From Lama guanicoe (taxonomy: Eukaryota): a stretch of DNA of 64,000 nucleotides. The DNA lies in contig MU053365.1 of assembly GCA_013239625.1 (NCBI GenBank), forward strand, positions 1-64,000. The letters run 5' to 3'. The notes beneath the pieces are model-generated. The model was not told the origin of the DNA. It did no database searches and was given only the letters and a program-made list of their open reading frames with translations. The position numbers and the translations under genes were made by a program. The number at the start of each line of letters is the position of its first letter. Within the stretch, counting starts at the first letter, position 1. Below are positions 14,551 to 27,800 of the stretch, in pieces.

Positions 14551-14789
14551 GGAAAGGGGTCCTTTTAGATGGAGGAAGACGGGTTCTGAAAGGGTCTCAT
14601 TGAAGCAGAATGGCATTTGGGCTGGTCTGAAACGAAAAGGGTGGCTTTTATAGAGAGATGACGGAAGAGAAGGGCTTCCAGGTGAAAGGCACAGCACGAG
14701 CAAAGGCAAAGAGGCGGGAAACTGCTGGTTAAGGACAGCGGTTGCAACGCAAATCTTTGGAGACACCGGGAAAAACATCCTCCTAGAGA

Positions 14790-15175
14790 GGCACTTAGGG
14801 GCTGGAGGGCGGAGCCGCTGGGCGGAGCCGCTGGGCGGAGCCGCCGCTACTCTGGAGCCGCGGCCCCGCCCGCTGTGGCCCGGATCACGCGCAGGCGCAC
14901 TCGCGCTCGGGCCGGCGTCCGGGCCTGAGGCTGGCGGCAGTCGTTTTGCGTATGTCTTCCTGGTGTCCGACGCTGAGCCCGGAGGGTTGGCGGCGGCTTG
15001 GCTCTGCCGCCGAGACCTGTCACCGTCGTCCCGGAGCTGCGACGCCGAGGCAAAAATGCTGCCGCCCGGCCGGGGCCTGCTCTGGTTTGGCCTGGTGCTG
15101 GGTTCTGTGTGCGCCTCCCTGGAGTCCGCGGCGCAGGGCAACTCCGCCGCAGGTGCGTCCCGCGCCCTCGCCCAC
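14790..15175 (+). promoter_or_regulatory. IDS: IDS CpG-island, TATA-less promoter with GC boxes and an NRF1-like site
   Basis: CpG-dense; three GGGCGG boxes at 14807-14845; CGCGCAGGCGCA at 14888-14899; directly upstream of the ATG. Confidence 0.85.
15056..15152 (+). CDS. IDS: Iduronate 2-sulfatase coding exon 1 (signal peptide, MLPPGRGLLWFGLVLGSVCASLESAAQGNSAA)
   Basis: ATG at 15056 with A at -3; hydrophobic signal peptide resembling the IDS N-terminus; donor GCAG|GTGCGT; 97 nt, phase 1 matches exon 2. Confidence 0.95.
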
Positions 15176-15565
15176 TTTGCAGGGCTCCCTCCCTCCTTCC
15201 TGCTTACATCCGGCCTTAACTCCCTCGCTACCTGCCTTCTGCTATTCCTTCTTCCTTCTGTCCTTCCTCTCCTCCCTCCCACCCACCATCACTTCTTCCT
15301 CCCCTCCACCTTTCTCTGTTTCCCCAAGATTTTCTTATTTTCCCTTCCCTTCCTCCGTCCCCTCTCTCTCACTCTCTCATCCAGGCTTGAGACCATGGTG
15401 AAGAACTAACCCTGCCGCCCAGGACCGGGACTTCCTCTGTGCACCCACTCCCACCCTCCCTGGCTTGGCTGGATGGGCTGTCTAGGTGCCAGCCCTAGCA
15501 CCTACCGCGGGTGGGGGTTGGGGTCAGTGCAGGGGACCTCACTGAAGCCCCTCCCTCCTGTGCAG

Positions 15566-15702
15566 ATGCTCTGAATGTCCTTCTAATCATCGTGGATGAC
15601 CTGCGTCCCTCCCTGGGCTGTTACGGGGACAAGCTCGTAAGGTCCCCAAACATCGACCAACTGGCATCCCACAGCCTCCTCTTCCAGAATGCCTTTGCCC
15701 AG
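15566..15702 (+). CDS. IDS: IDS exon 2 ([46 protein letters not shown])
   Basis: Acceptor tgtgcag|AT, donor CAG|gtatgt, 137 nt; contains the sulfatase metal-binding DD motif. Confidence 0.98.
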
Positions 15703-16168
15703 GTATGTCTGGGGACCTCTGGGTGTAGCTGTGTGCTTTGTGCACTGAGGGTTAGGGGATGGCATTCATCGTGCAGGGCATTTCTTTATTGTTAGAGGGA
15801 AGCACAGTCTGGAAGATGGCAAGGAAGCTTGTGCCTTCAAGGGTGCTCCTCCTCCTTGGGTGGGCGGTGTGCCCCGGCCCTACCATGCCCAGCTTTCTTC
15901 CCCAAATTGGGGATGGCCTGGTGCTGAGGAGGAGGGGATGCTGCCATGGCGCCCCTCCTCCCGGATACCCCTCATGGGGCCGCCCTCAAGACCCTTGTCT
16001 GCTCTGGGCACCCATGAGTCACGATCACGCAGAAGGACACAGTCATCTTTTGAGGGGCTGAGGCCTTCCTCCCTCTCTCCGGGAAGACTTCTTTCCAGCG
16101 TCTGGGTGAGGCCCAAGTCCCACTGGTTGGCTTTGAGATCTGCGTGACTCAGCCGCCAAGCTGTCTGA

Positions 16169-16447
<279 letters not shown>

Positions 16448-18049
16448 TGAACAAAGTCTGGGTTCTCTCCAGTGTTGTGCCCGAGGACTGGGGCCCCCTC
16501 CTGGGGTTGGGGCTCTCTTGGCAGAGGCCTTCTCGGGCCTGGTGAGCACCTCATTGGTCACTGCTGTCTTTGTACAAAATATGACTTCTTAACTTGGCTT
16601 CGTGTTCTCACTGAAAGTGAAAAAGGGTAGAAGGGCTTTTTCTTCCTTTTGGAAAGTCGTCGTGGTGTTCTTTGGTTCCTTTGGTTCCTCAGGTGGAAGG
16701 AAGGGCACCGGCGGGGATGAGGCAATGTTGGGTGCACCTGCCTCTCTGTACCCCAGGGTCCCTGTCAGTAAAGTGAGACCAGAGCAGCCTGCTGACTTGC
16801 CCAGTGAAGAGGCTATAATTTGGCAGGGGTTGCCTGCCCACTGCGAATTAGGTCAGAAAGGGCACTCAGGGTCTTTAGGGTACCAGGGGCCACCAGTCCG
16901 GACTTTCATCACTGCCTGGTAAACGAGCTCTCTTTAATGCCAATAGTGAGAATACTGAAACACAAACTTTCAAACTTTGTTTTTCACTTGAAGTAACTGA
17001 TTATTTGAAAAACAGTTGGAAAGAAAAGGAAAGGATCAACCAACAAATATAAGTTACTTGCACTAGAACCACACTGAGGAGAGCTGAAGTTTGACAGCCC
17101 GTGTTCTGGGCATATTATTTGTCTGATTTGAGATTCTCCTGTGTACACAATTTTATACTGTGAATGTCTTAATCATAAACGCTTTCCCATGTGATTCTTC
17201 ACGCAAGCCGTTAGCAGTGGCGGTACAGCAGTGTAACAGAGAGGTGCACCGTAGTTTCATCCCACCCATTGTAAGGTCTTCAGTGTCCCGCTTACCGCCG
17301 GGCTGAGCCTCTCCGGAGGCAGAGCGAACTGCTGATGGGCAGTGGCACCGAGAATTCTGGCCTCTGGCTTCCAGCCCTGGCGCTGCCACTCTTAGCTGTG
17401 CAGTGGACCTTGGGCAAATCATTCATCGCCTTCGAGCCTCCGATTACCTTTCTGGGAAGCTGGAGAGGCAGCTGCCTTGATTACCTTCTCAGGGGAGTGT
17501 CCCAGGGGAGCTCTGTACCGTGGAGCACTTATCATGAGGGGCTGTGTTGGGAGTGGTTTCCACAGCTTTCCTTCTGCTCTTTGGTTCCACTGGCGGCAGG
17601 CTCAACAGCCTCCTTCTGGTACCCAGCCGGCTAGTCCCGGTTGAGGGTAACATTTGACTGGGCTGAGTTGGGCCCAGTTTTGAGGGTGAATCTGTCAGGA
17701 ATCGTATTGTGCAGCTGAAAGTCCAGCATCCGGAGACCTTTCTGCAGCTGGTGCTCACATCTGGACACCCATTGCCTGAGCACAGCTGGAGGGAGGAGAC
17801 GAGTTTGAGGGAAGGAGGAGATACAGCAGGGGGAGGCCAGACAGGGCCTGGGGGTGTCACTTGATCTCCTTCCTCCTGGTAATTAGATTGTGGGATCAGG
17901 CTCTGAGGACCTTGTAGAGACTGCATGCTTTGCCTGTAGCCTTCATGGAAACACATTTTTCAACTGGGTCTTTGTTCTCAAGACCTTGTTCTGTCGGGGA
18001 GGACCTGTTTGAGGGTGACCGCAGCCACCATGGATTGAGTGTCAGGCAC

Positions 18050-18240
18050 GTGCCAGTGACTGTGCTGGCCACTCCCTCATCCTCTCTTCAACAGCAAGCA
18101 AGGTGGGGTTTCATCATTGTCATCATTTCTTGAGGAGGAAGCTGAGGCTCTTGAAGGTCAGGTAGCTTGCCCAGGGTTGCACAGGTCCTGAGAGGCAGCG
18201 CCAGCATTTGAACCCAGGTTTGTCTTCGTCATTAGCTCTT
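18050..18240 (-). mobile_element. MIR in IDS intron 3
   Basis: TGAGGAGGAAGCTGAGGCTC..TTGCCCAGGGT..ATTTGAACCCAGG. Confidence 0.6.
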
Positions 18241-19080
18241 CGCACTGTGCTTGCCCTGTTGCTCGGCCCTCCTCCCACTGCCCCGTCTCCCTCCAGCCCT
18301 GCTTCAGCCAGTGCTCTCTGTCAGAGCCTGGCGTAGCCCTGTGCCGGTGATGCTCTTTCTCCGGCTTCTGCCTGCCTGCCCTCTCTGCCCCTCCTGGCTA
18401 GTTCCCATGGGTCGTCCTTCCCTTTGGCTCCCTCGCGAGCCTCGCTGACTCCTGGAAGCCCTCGCTGCCAGCCCCACGCCCCCCACCTTCCTCCGGTCAC
18501 CTCTGTGTCTGGGGCTCCCCCGCTTACACAGCCGGCAGGCCTTCCCTGCTGCCACATGCTGTTATTCTGTCTTCCCAAGTAGACTGTGAACTCCCGAGCA
18601 GAGGGGTGGGTTTCTGCATCATGCGTGAGCACCTGGAGTCCTCAGGTGTGGCTTTGAGTCCCGGCTCACTCGTCTAGTATCTGGTTGGCACCCGGCAAGG
18701 CACTCACCATTGGCGCGCCTCCCCTTCCCCAGCCAGCTGTGGGTGTGCCAACACCTCTGCCGCGTCCTTCGTGGGGCTGGGACAGGTGCCGGCCAGGGCC
18801 TGCAGGGCTGCGTTGCTCTGACCCTGTTGGGTTCCTTCCTCGGAGCCTAGCATGAATCACCAGGGCTTCAGGGCGAGGGTCAGGCACTCAGTGCGCAAAA
18901 GCCCAGAGTTGGCTTTTGGGAGGACTTCTCATCATCTGGCCTTGGCTCTTGATTTTACAGATGAGGAAACCGAGGCCAAAGAGGGGAGATGGCCTTTCCT
19001 AATTGTTTATGAAGTGTCCATTTTGGGTGGGGAGGACATCTCCAAGCCTTATTTAATGACTTTCTTTTCTCCCCCTCAAG

Positions 19081-19169
19081 GAGTATCTTCCAATCATAGT
19101 GACGATTCTCCGTATAGCTGGTCTCTTCCAGCCTATCACCCCTCCTCTGAAAAGTATGAAAACACCAAG
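19081..19169 (+). CDS. IDS: IDS exon 4 ([30 protein letters not shown])
   Basis: Pyrimidine tract then caag|GA; donor AAG|gtaagg; 89 nt; frame continuous with exons 3 and 5. Confidence 0.97.
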
Positions 19170-20419
19170 GTAAGGATGTGGAAGGGGGAGTGTTCTGAAC
19201 AAGAGCCTTTGTTCCCTGTCTAGCAAATGAAGGTTACCTGTTGCGTGCACTGCATGGCCTTTCAAGCTGGTTGTCCGGGGAGGTTCGTGGGCTTTGTTTG
19301 CGGTTGTGACGTGACAGAGACAAGTGTTGGGATCTTGCGCATTAGGTCCAGTGGAGAGGTGGCTTTGCTTTAGAAGCTGGTGGGTACACCTTGTTCTAGA
19401 AGCTCATACTCTAGTGTATATGACTCGTTTAATGGCTCCTTCGCATTCAGTCTGGAGGAGGCTCTGTGCTGAGGGGTTACGGAAAACGCCGACACACGGA
19501 AGGGAGAGGAGAACCCTGTGCTCCGGGCTCCTCAGCCCAGATTAGGAGAAAGGCTTACATCCATCTCTGTCTCGGGCCTAATGGATATGTTCAGGTGCTG
19601 CGACCTTTGAGAGGCTTTTAAAAATTTTAGAGCATTATGGGAAAAAAGGAATCTATAAGGAAGCTTAATCTTGGTTCAGAGGAGCCCCCAATGTATAAAT
19701 GGAAGTAAAATCCACATTTAAACAATTCAGAAAACCAGCTGGAGCACTGAGACATGACATGCTTCTCGGAGGTTTTTAGAGACACCGTGTGGAGAAGGGT
19801 GCGGACTGGGGGAGGCGGGTAGGGTGCAGAAGAGTGTTCTAAATGCTTGACAGCCGTCTTTTCAGAGCGCAGTGAAAGCTGGGGGCTCTGGCCTTTGGCT
19901 TGTGGCTTGAGTATTAACAGAATGAGATTGGAAGACCCCATCTCAATCCTTCCATTCCCCGAAGCCACCTTGCTGCTTTGTAGTGGCCTTGCAAACACCA
20001 GATCTCTGTCCCCATCCCCCACATTGTTCTCCAGGCTGTGGGTCTGACTGTCGTCAATCGCTGGGGTACTGCAGGTCACGTGAACCTGCAGAGGGTGAGT
20101 GGGGCCAGTGCAGCGGGTGTTGGCCGTCCTGCCCAGGCTGCGGTGGACACAGCAGGCCTGTGAAAGGACACTCCTCTGTGAGGTGGAGCAACAGCCACCG
20201 GTGCCCGGGTCTTTGCGAGCTAGAAATCATGGTCCAAACTGAAGTCGGCCTTGTGGCCAGCATGGCCACTTTGGGGAATGAAGCTGTTGGTTCCATCCTG
20301 TGTATGGTATAGTTGGGGATCTGGAAATTCCAGGGACTGTCACCTTACCCAGTCAACTGGGACCCTGTCACTTAGAAGCTTTAGTCTCTCTCTCAAATTG
20401 AAGACAGATTTGTTTCCCT

Positions 20420-21340
20420 TTTGTTAAAATTTTTTGAGATATAACTCATATACCATAAAAATTACCCTTTTAAAGTATACAATTCATTGATTTTTAGTAT
20501 GTTCAGAATTGTGCAACTGTCACAAAATTCAATTTAAGACCATTTTCATCCCCTCAAAAAGTAACCTGTACCCATGAACATTCACTCCCAATTTTCTCTC
20601 AACCCCCAGCCTGTGGCAATAGCTGATCTGTTTTCTTTCTCTGCAGATTTGCCTGTTCTGGACACTTAGTACAGATAGAATTTTTGCAAAATATGCCCTC
20701 TTGTGTCGGCTTCTGGCACTGAGCATCCCGTGTTTGAGGTTCATCCGTGCCGTAGCCTGTGTCTGAACCTCATTACTTTTTGCAGTGAAATAGGATTCCA
20801 TTCTACGGGTGTTACACGTTTTATTTGCCTTTTCGTCAGCTGGTGGATGTGTGAGTTGTTCCTACTTTTTGGCTGTTGTGAGTGGTGCTGCTCTGAGCAT
20901 TCAGGTACAGGTTTTTGCATAGACTTAAAATTTCAGTTCTCCTGGGTAGAATCAGTGGGCGAAGTGTTCGTATGGACCTAGTTTTGATTTTTCTTGGTAT
21001 ATAACTAGGAGTGGAGTTGCGGGGTCTTTTTAACTGTTTGAGGAACCGCCAGCATGTTTCCCAAAGCAGGTACTCCATTTTACATTTCCACCAGCAATGT
21101 ATAAGGGTTCCAATTTCTCCACATCCTCAAGAATACTTGTTATTTCCCATTTTAAAATTACAGCCATCCTCGTGGGTATGAAGTGGTATCTCATCAATTT
21201 GCATTTGCATTGTTTTGATTTGTTTTTCCCCAAGGACTAGCGATGTTGAGCATCTTTACCTGTGCTTATTGGCCATTTGTAGATCTTCTTTGGAGAAATA
21301 TCTGAGTTTTTTGCCCATTTTTTTATTGTTGAGTTGGAGA
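20420..21340 (-). mobile_element. L1M fragment in IDS intron 4
   Basis: L1 3' UTR plus ORF2 C-terminal remnant (MRYHFIPTRMAVI.. in ORF 21030..21233). Confidence 0.8.
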
Positions 21341-21611
21341 CAGATTTTTTTTTTTGGATCATGAGTTTACTTGGGTTTCCTTTAAGTAATTATAACCTAG
21401 AGTCAGAGGATGAACAGCAAGAAGCTAAGTGCTGGTGGTTTTCTGGCCCCTGCCAGGAAAAGAAGAAACGCTTCTCTGTTTCAGTTCTACTTCCTGTGTG
21501 CCTGTCCAGTCCGGGTGACTAATACTCACTGGGCTGGAGATAGGAATGTTCAGTCCTTTGTATGTGGAACTTTTCATGACTTCTCTTTTTGCATGTGAAA
21601 AACTAATTTGA

Positions 21612-21902
<291 letters not shown>

Positions 21903-23307
21903 TAGTGAAGGTGACCCCATCCTGCTGTCCCTGGTTACCAGGGATGCCTGATGGCACCAGTGTACTCAGTGGTGTGAAGATGGGTTTCAGAGGTCGAGGC
22001 TAAGAAGTAGACTTAGGACATGTAAGAATCTTGTTGGAAACACTTGGCTTTCCACTTCCTCCCCTGGAGGGCTTTTTCCCCTAGGACTCTGAGTTGGATG
22101 GTGAGAGCATCATAGAGAAGGGAGCAAGGCCACCAAAGTCTGGGATAAGTGATGGTCCTTAGGACACAATTCCAGGGAATGTGAAGCCTCTTCAGTAACA
22201 GCTTTACCCCTGAGTCCTTAAGTGTGGGGCACTGTGTGACTTGTTGGAGCCTCAGATCCTGTGCTTGCCAGTATATCATTTAGAGCACGTCGTCTTTTCT
22301 TTTTTAGAATGTTTTTCATTTTTCCGTTTCATGGTTTCCCTGGGCCTGAGCAGCACATTCTTTTGCAACGTGTACCCCTCACTTGTGATGAGAGTAGAGG
22401 TCAGAAGCATGCTCTTTGATGCTGGAGGTTGTCTTGCTTTGATTGGCCCAGGGGATCTCACCTTCCTAGCAGGAGCTGTCAGCCCCCTTGATGGAGTGAG
22501 ACTCACTGCTGTCTCTGGTGCAGAAAGAGTTAACCTAGAAGGAGAGGCCTCTGGGAGCCTGGATCTCGGGAGTGTTCCCACCATTCCCAGAACTGATGAG
22601 CGGCTCCCGGGGCCTAGACTGTTCATGGAAAGCTCCGCTTTCCTCCTTGGAGTCTGGGATTTTGATCTATGCGGGCAGAGGGTGCCTGGGTGACCAGCCC
22701 CAGGAAGGACCCTGGGTGCTGAGGTTTAATGAGCCTCAGCTTCCCTGGCGGCAGCATTTCACATGTGTCATCACACAGCTCATTGCTGGGGGAATTAAGC
22801 CTGTCCTGTGTGACCTCCCCGGGAGAGGACTGTGGCTCCCTGAGGCATCCCCCAGGACTTTGCCCTTTGCTGATGCTGTTTGGTGTTATTTCACTGTCAT
22901 CATTGCAGGCGTGAGTATGGCTGTGTGCTGAGTCCTGTGAGCACTCCCAGTGAGTTGCTGAATGTAAGGTCGCTTTGGGGAACTGGCAGCACCTCTCCAC
23001 ACCTTTTTTTGTTGGAGGGGAGCTGGGGACAGGAATAGGAGGCCATCGACCTCTATGAGGGAAGAGAGCTGGTGCTGCTTGGTTTGTAGGAAATAAGCCG
23101 AGAAATGTCATTACCATCGGCGTCTCATGAGAGTGACCTAAGGCCTGACTTTCAGGTGGGGGCAGCACCTGGGAGTGGTAGTGAGCCCCTGTGTAAGTGC
23201 GTCGCAGGCTTACAGAAAAGGCGGTCTAAACACTGGGATAGAGGCCCAGCCTGGTGCCCGTGCCAAAAGAATGACAGCCTGGTGGCTTTGTGCGCTTCTC
23301 CCCCAAG

Positions 23308-23478
23308 GAGTTTCAGAAGTTGTACCCCTTGGAGAACATCACGCTGGCTCCTGACCCCCAGGTCCCTGCTGGCCTCCCTCCCGTGGCCTACAGCCCCTGG
23401 ATGGACATCAGGCAGCGGGAGGACGTCCAGGCCTTAAACCTCAGCGTGCCCTACGGCCCGGTTCCCGCGGACTTTCAG
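23308..23478 (+). CDS. IDS: IDS exon 6 ([17 protein letters not shown]...[14 protein letters not shown])
   Basis: Acceptor ccccaag|GAG, donor CAG|gtacca, 171 nt. Confidence 0.97.
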
Positions 23479-24191
23479 GTACCAAGGACGCACCCGGGGG
23501 CGTATTGGGCGCTGACGGCATGGTGTCATTGGTGACGCCACTCTCCTCAGTAGGCACTCCCCCGTGCCTCGCGTCTCGCGGAGAACTTTCTGCGCAAGGC
23601 GTCTTGTGGCGTGCCGGGGCTGGGGTGGCCCGGATGAGTTTAGAAGTGCTGGGTCAACAGAGCCTCCCCTGCAGTGTCTCCACTTCCAAAGAAGGGGGCA
23701 CCTGAAGGTTTGGGGACTCGCTGGCTGCGGGCACAGGATGGGGAAGAGGCCTGGGTGACACGCTCTAACTCATGGGGGGTGCCGTTTAATCCAGGGGACG
23801 GTTTGTCAGTTCTAAGCTGCTTGGCGGCTCCTGTGCCTCGCAGAACTCTTGTTTTGCTGGTCCTTGTGGGTCCCCTCTGTGGGAAGGAAAGCCTACATGG
23901 GCATCCATTCCTCTCAGGAGCTGTCTTGGTGAGCAGGGCCTGGGCACAGAGGGAGCAGGGGCGCCAACATGGCCGGAGCCTTCCAGCTGCAGTGTCTGGG
24001 TCCCTTGGCCACAGTGTGGGGGTGGGGCAGGCACAGAGTTGGAGTTCTCATGCTGACTCCTCAGTTACCCTCTGCCTGGATTGCAGAACACATGCTGACC
24101 AACTTTTTCCAGAATATTCCACATGCAGCCCTGCCCTCGTGTTACCACATGAACACTCCAACACGCAGTCTCCAGGGGAAGGAAGGGGACA

Positions 24192-24376
24192 CTGTTTTCA
24201 AAGCGTGCTTCCTGGGCCACCTGCATCAGACTCCCTACAAGAGCTTGTTAGAAGCACAGTGTCCTGGCCCCACTCAGGCTTCAGGGATTGGGAGCTGGGG
24301 GTGGGGTCTGGGAGCCTGGCGTTTCCAGAAAAGCACACCTAGTGGTGCTGACTCACACGGAAGGTGGAGAGCCACT
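24192..24376. mobile_element. MER5-like hAT-Charlie MITE in intron 6
   Basis: TTTTCAAAG..CTGCATCAGA..GGGGTGGGG..GAGAGCCACTG. Confidence 0.5.
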
Positions 24377-27362
24377 GCTGCAGGCTGCAGTTCAAAACAA
24401 GACAAAACAAAACAAGCTGTGCAGGCGGCTCTCACTGTCTAAACCCATTTGGCCCCTGTGTTTGGAGAGCAGGCATGTCGGTGGTGAGGGCCACTGTCCC
24501 TGCATTGCAGGTGGCCGTGGTGACAGCTTGGGAAGCAGTGGCCCATCAGCCTGTTGGGTTCCTAATTCCCCTCACGGGGGTTCTGGGAGCGAGGTCTCTG
24601 GAATGGCAGCTCTGAGGCTGCACCTGGACATCTAGTTAGTGACGGTCACTTACGATGACCCTTTAGATTTTGAGCTGTGCTCCAGGAAGGGTGCTCAGCT
24701 TTTTGTGTGAACTGTCCATTGGTCCTGTGGGAACCTAGTGGGTTGCCTGCTCCCTCTGTTGTCCAGGTGAGGAAAATAGAGGCGGGGGGGGAAGGTGTGC
24801 CCCATATCACACAGTTAGTGCGGGGGGCGTCCCCCAGGGAGCTGTGATGCCAGAGCCCCGGGGTTCGGTTTGTTGGTTCTGAACAGTGTGGGTTTGAATT
24901 CCCATCCTACCCCACACCAGCTGTGTGGTCGCTGACAAGTCCTCCTGCCACTCTGAGCCTCAATCTCCTCGTCTGTAAAATTGAAACAAGATGGGGGAAG
25001 GTTTTCCACGATGACACCTGCTGGGGATTTTCCGTGGGGACCACAGGAGCGTGTAGGGCGCCTGGGGCGGTGGTGGTTGCGGGGTGTCGGCTTCCCCCTG
25101 GCGCTCTCTCCACTCCTCGCGCTGCATCCGCTGGCGGTGTGGCTGCCCCACTGGACACAGAGTAGACGGTGTGACCGGGAGGACCTCCCTGGTGTGCTCA
25201 TATGCTTGCCCCTGCCCCACATGCACCCTGGACTCGGCCCTGCTCGTCATCCTCCTGCAGCTTTGGGTGTCTGTGCTGAAGTCCCGTCTCCCTCCACTCT
25301 TGAGCCTCTCGGTTCTGTGCCCTCTTCAGTGGGTCTCAGAAGAAGAGCAGCAGGGACTTGGCCCCCCCCAACCCCCTTTCCGCTCCTTCCTGTCTGCTCC
25401 CACCAACTTCCCTCCAGCCTCCACATCGGCTCACATCCGTCCCATCTTCAGGGATACCACCTGTCTCGCCCCTTCCTGTTTCTTCTCCCATCCTGCTCCC
25501 TCGCCTGCCCTTCAGGGGAGAGTGAGTGAGGTGTCTGTTCTGGCTGCATCTTGGCTTCACCGTCCCTTCATTCTTCATCTACCTCTGTGTGGCCTTCTGC
25601 CTCCCCAGCCCACTAAGAGTTCTCTCACCTGTGTCAGCCCTGACCTGGTTGACAAATAAAATCTACCCTCGTGGGTCCGGACCTTCCCCGACTCCCTGCT
25701 GCTCTCTCACTGTTGACCGGCACTACCCGTTCTGGAAACGTTCGCCTCCTGGGCTTCCTTGCCAACCCTCCTGGGCCCTCTTCCACTCCAGTCCCCCCGG
25801 CAGGGCCCTCTTTCTGTGTCTGCTACCTAGGAGGCGCTGCTCTCGGGTCAGCCCAGGGCCCCACTGTACCCTTTCTGCCCCTTGTCCTCAGCTGGGCTCT
25901 GCGGAGCCTGCGAGGATGACCCCCGGCTTCACTCCTGATTTTCGGGCATCTGTCCACTGGCTGTGAGAGGCCCCACGGGCCACAGCACCTCTCCTGCTCT
26001 TTCGGTTCTCCTTCCTCCTACTCCCCTCTTGGGGGCCCCCTCCCTGCCACTGAACAAGAAAGCTGGAGTCACCCTTGGAGTCCTCAGCTCCTCTCCCTGC
26101 CTGCTCCCCCCTGCCCCCGCTCCTGCTCGAGCCCCTCAGTCCCTCTCATGTCCGTGCTGTCCTCCTGCGCCTTCAGCACAGCCTTCTGGACCGCTGCCGG
26201 GGGTCTGGGCTGACACGTCCCTTCAGCAAGTGACGGCGGAGGCCCTCATGCCCAGCGCTCACCTAGCGCTGCTTCATCTCGGGCCGCTGCTGGAGGACCC
26301 TTACTCGCCTGCAGCCCGCTTGGCAGCTCTTCCCCCTGGACAGCCTCAGTGCCTTCCTTGGCCTCCAGCCCAGGACCTCCACTCTTTGGGTGGACCTCCA
26401 GGTCCATATCATCCAGCCCTGACCTGCCTTTTAGTGTCATCTCCCACCCCTTGGCCCTCCCATTGATCCTCCAGCTGCACCAGCCAGCTCATTGGCCTTG
26501 CTGTATGGTGACACTACATGGGTCCACGTGTTGCGGCCCCTGCATAGAGCATCTTACCCCCACTTGTCTGACTGCCAGCTCCTCTTCTCAAAAGCTGACT
26601 CCTCTGTGAAGCCTTCCTTGATTTCCCCAGGCTGACTTGAAGGCTCATTCTCCTGTGCTGTCCCTAGGCCCCGCCAGTACTGTGCCTTTTTGTGTCTCTG
26701 TGCCTGTCCTCACTGGAGGGGTGGCTCATTGAGGGTGTGGACCACGTCTGCTTCTCGTCCTATCTCCAGGGGCCAGCCAGCCTAGGAAGGAGGGTGGACC
26801 CTTGAATAGGACACAGCTGTCCTGACAGCCGTCTTTGGTCCCCAGGAGGACCAAGGTTCCCGTGGTTACAGACCGAAGACTCTATCTACCATAAAATAGA
26901 AGTAGGCCAGGGTTCTGTATAATACTTCTAGCAGGTTAGATGGGTATCTGTTGTCTTCGCTGCCTGGGGAGAGCAGGTCAGTCTCACAATTCTCCTCACC
27001 CTGGCAGTGGTGAGAAGAAGCTGGTGGGTCCAGCCGGGTGCACAGTGGAGGCAGGGGCCAGTCTGATCGGTCAGCAGCTCCTGTGCTGCTCCTCCGTGGT
27101 TGGGGTGGGGGGTTCACCTTTTTCTTCAATATCTGTGAACAGGGCTGGGGGAGAGTCAGCCCGGACAAGGCTGTGGCTCTTTCACGGAGCCTGTCTGGCC
27201 TGGGAGTCCCTCTGGGCTTTAGGGAGCATGGCGGTCCCTCCACTGCTCTCCTGCCCGCCGGGATTTTGTTGAAAATGAGCCGCACGTGAGCACCCCAGTC
27301 TGTGAGGGTAAATGGCTAACACTGAGGTCCTGGGGTCAGAGGAGAGGCCCACTCATGGCCAT

Positions 27363-27800
27363 TGTAGGGGGTTGAATTGTGTCCCTCAGAAAGATCTGTT
27401 GAAGTCCTGCCCGCCAGGACCTCAGAATGTGACCTTATTTGGAAAATGGGTCATTGCAGGTGTAACTAGTTAAATGAGGTTGTACCGGTGTAGGGTGAGC
27501 CCCTGATCCAGTAAGACTTGAGTCCCTGTGAGAAGGGGAAGGAGGGAGAGGCAGGAAGAACTCCACACAAGGATGGAGGCAGGGGTTGGAGTGCTGGGGC
27601 AGCGAGCCAAGGGGCACCAGGGGCTACAGATCCCCCCAGAAGCCCGGAGGAGGCAAGGAACGTTCCTCCCCAGAGCCCGCAGAAAGAGGATGGCCCTGAC
27701 GACAGCTTGTTGGCCCCCAGAAGGGGGAGACAATAAGTTTCTGTTGTTTTAAGCTGCCGGGCTTGTCATTGTTCGTTAAAGCTGCCCAGGAAGTGAACCC
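27363..27800 (+). mobile_element. MaLR LTR (MLT1A/B/C-like) in intron 6
   Basis: TGTAGGGGGTTGAATTGTGTCCC..GAATGTGACCTTATTTGGAAA..AATAAGTTTCTGTTGTTTTAAGC. Confidence 0.8.

Noticed and set aside
1..14790. IDS pseudogene or duplicate like the one near human IDS
   Set aside because: No second copy of exons 2-3 was seen anywhere in this window; one could still lie outside it
14533..15282. 249-aa antisense ORF across the IDS promoter
   Set aside because: Non-ATG start and R/A/P/G-rich composition typical of CpG-island artefacts
23674..26609. Several 140-220 aa ORFs in intron 6
   Set aside because: GC-rich intronic and repeat-derived sequence with overlapping frames and no protein family resemblance
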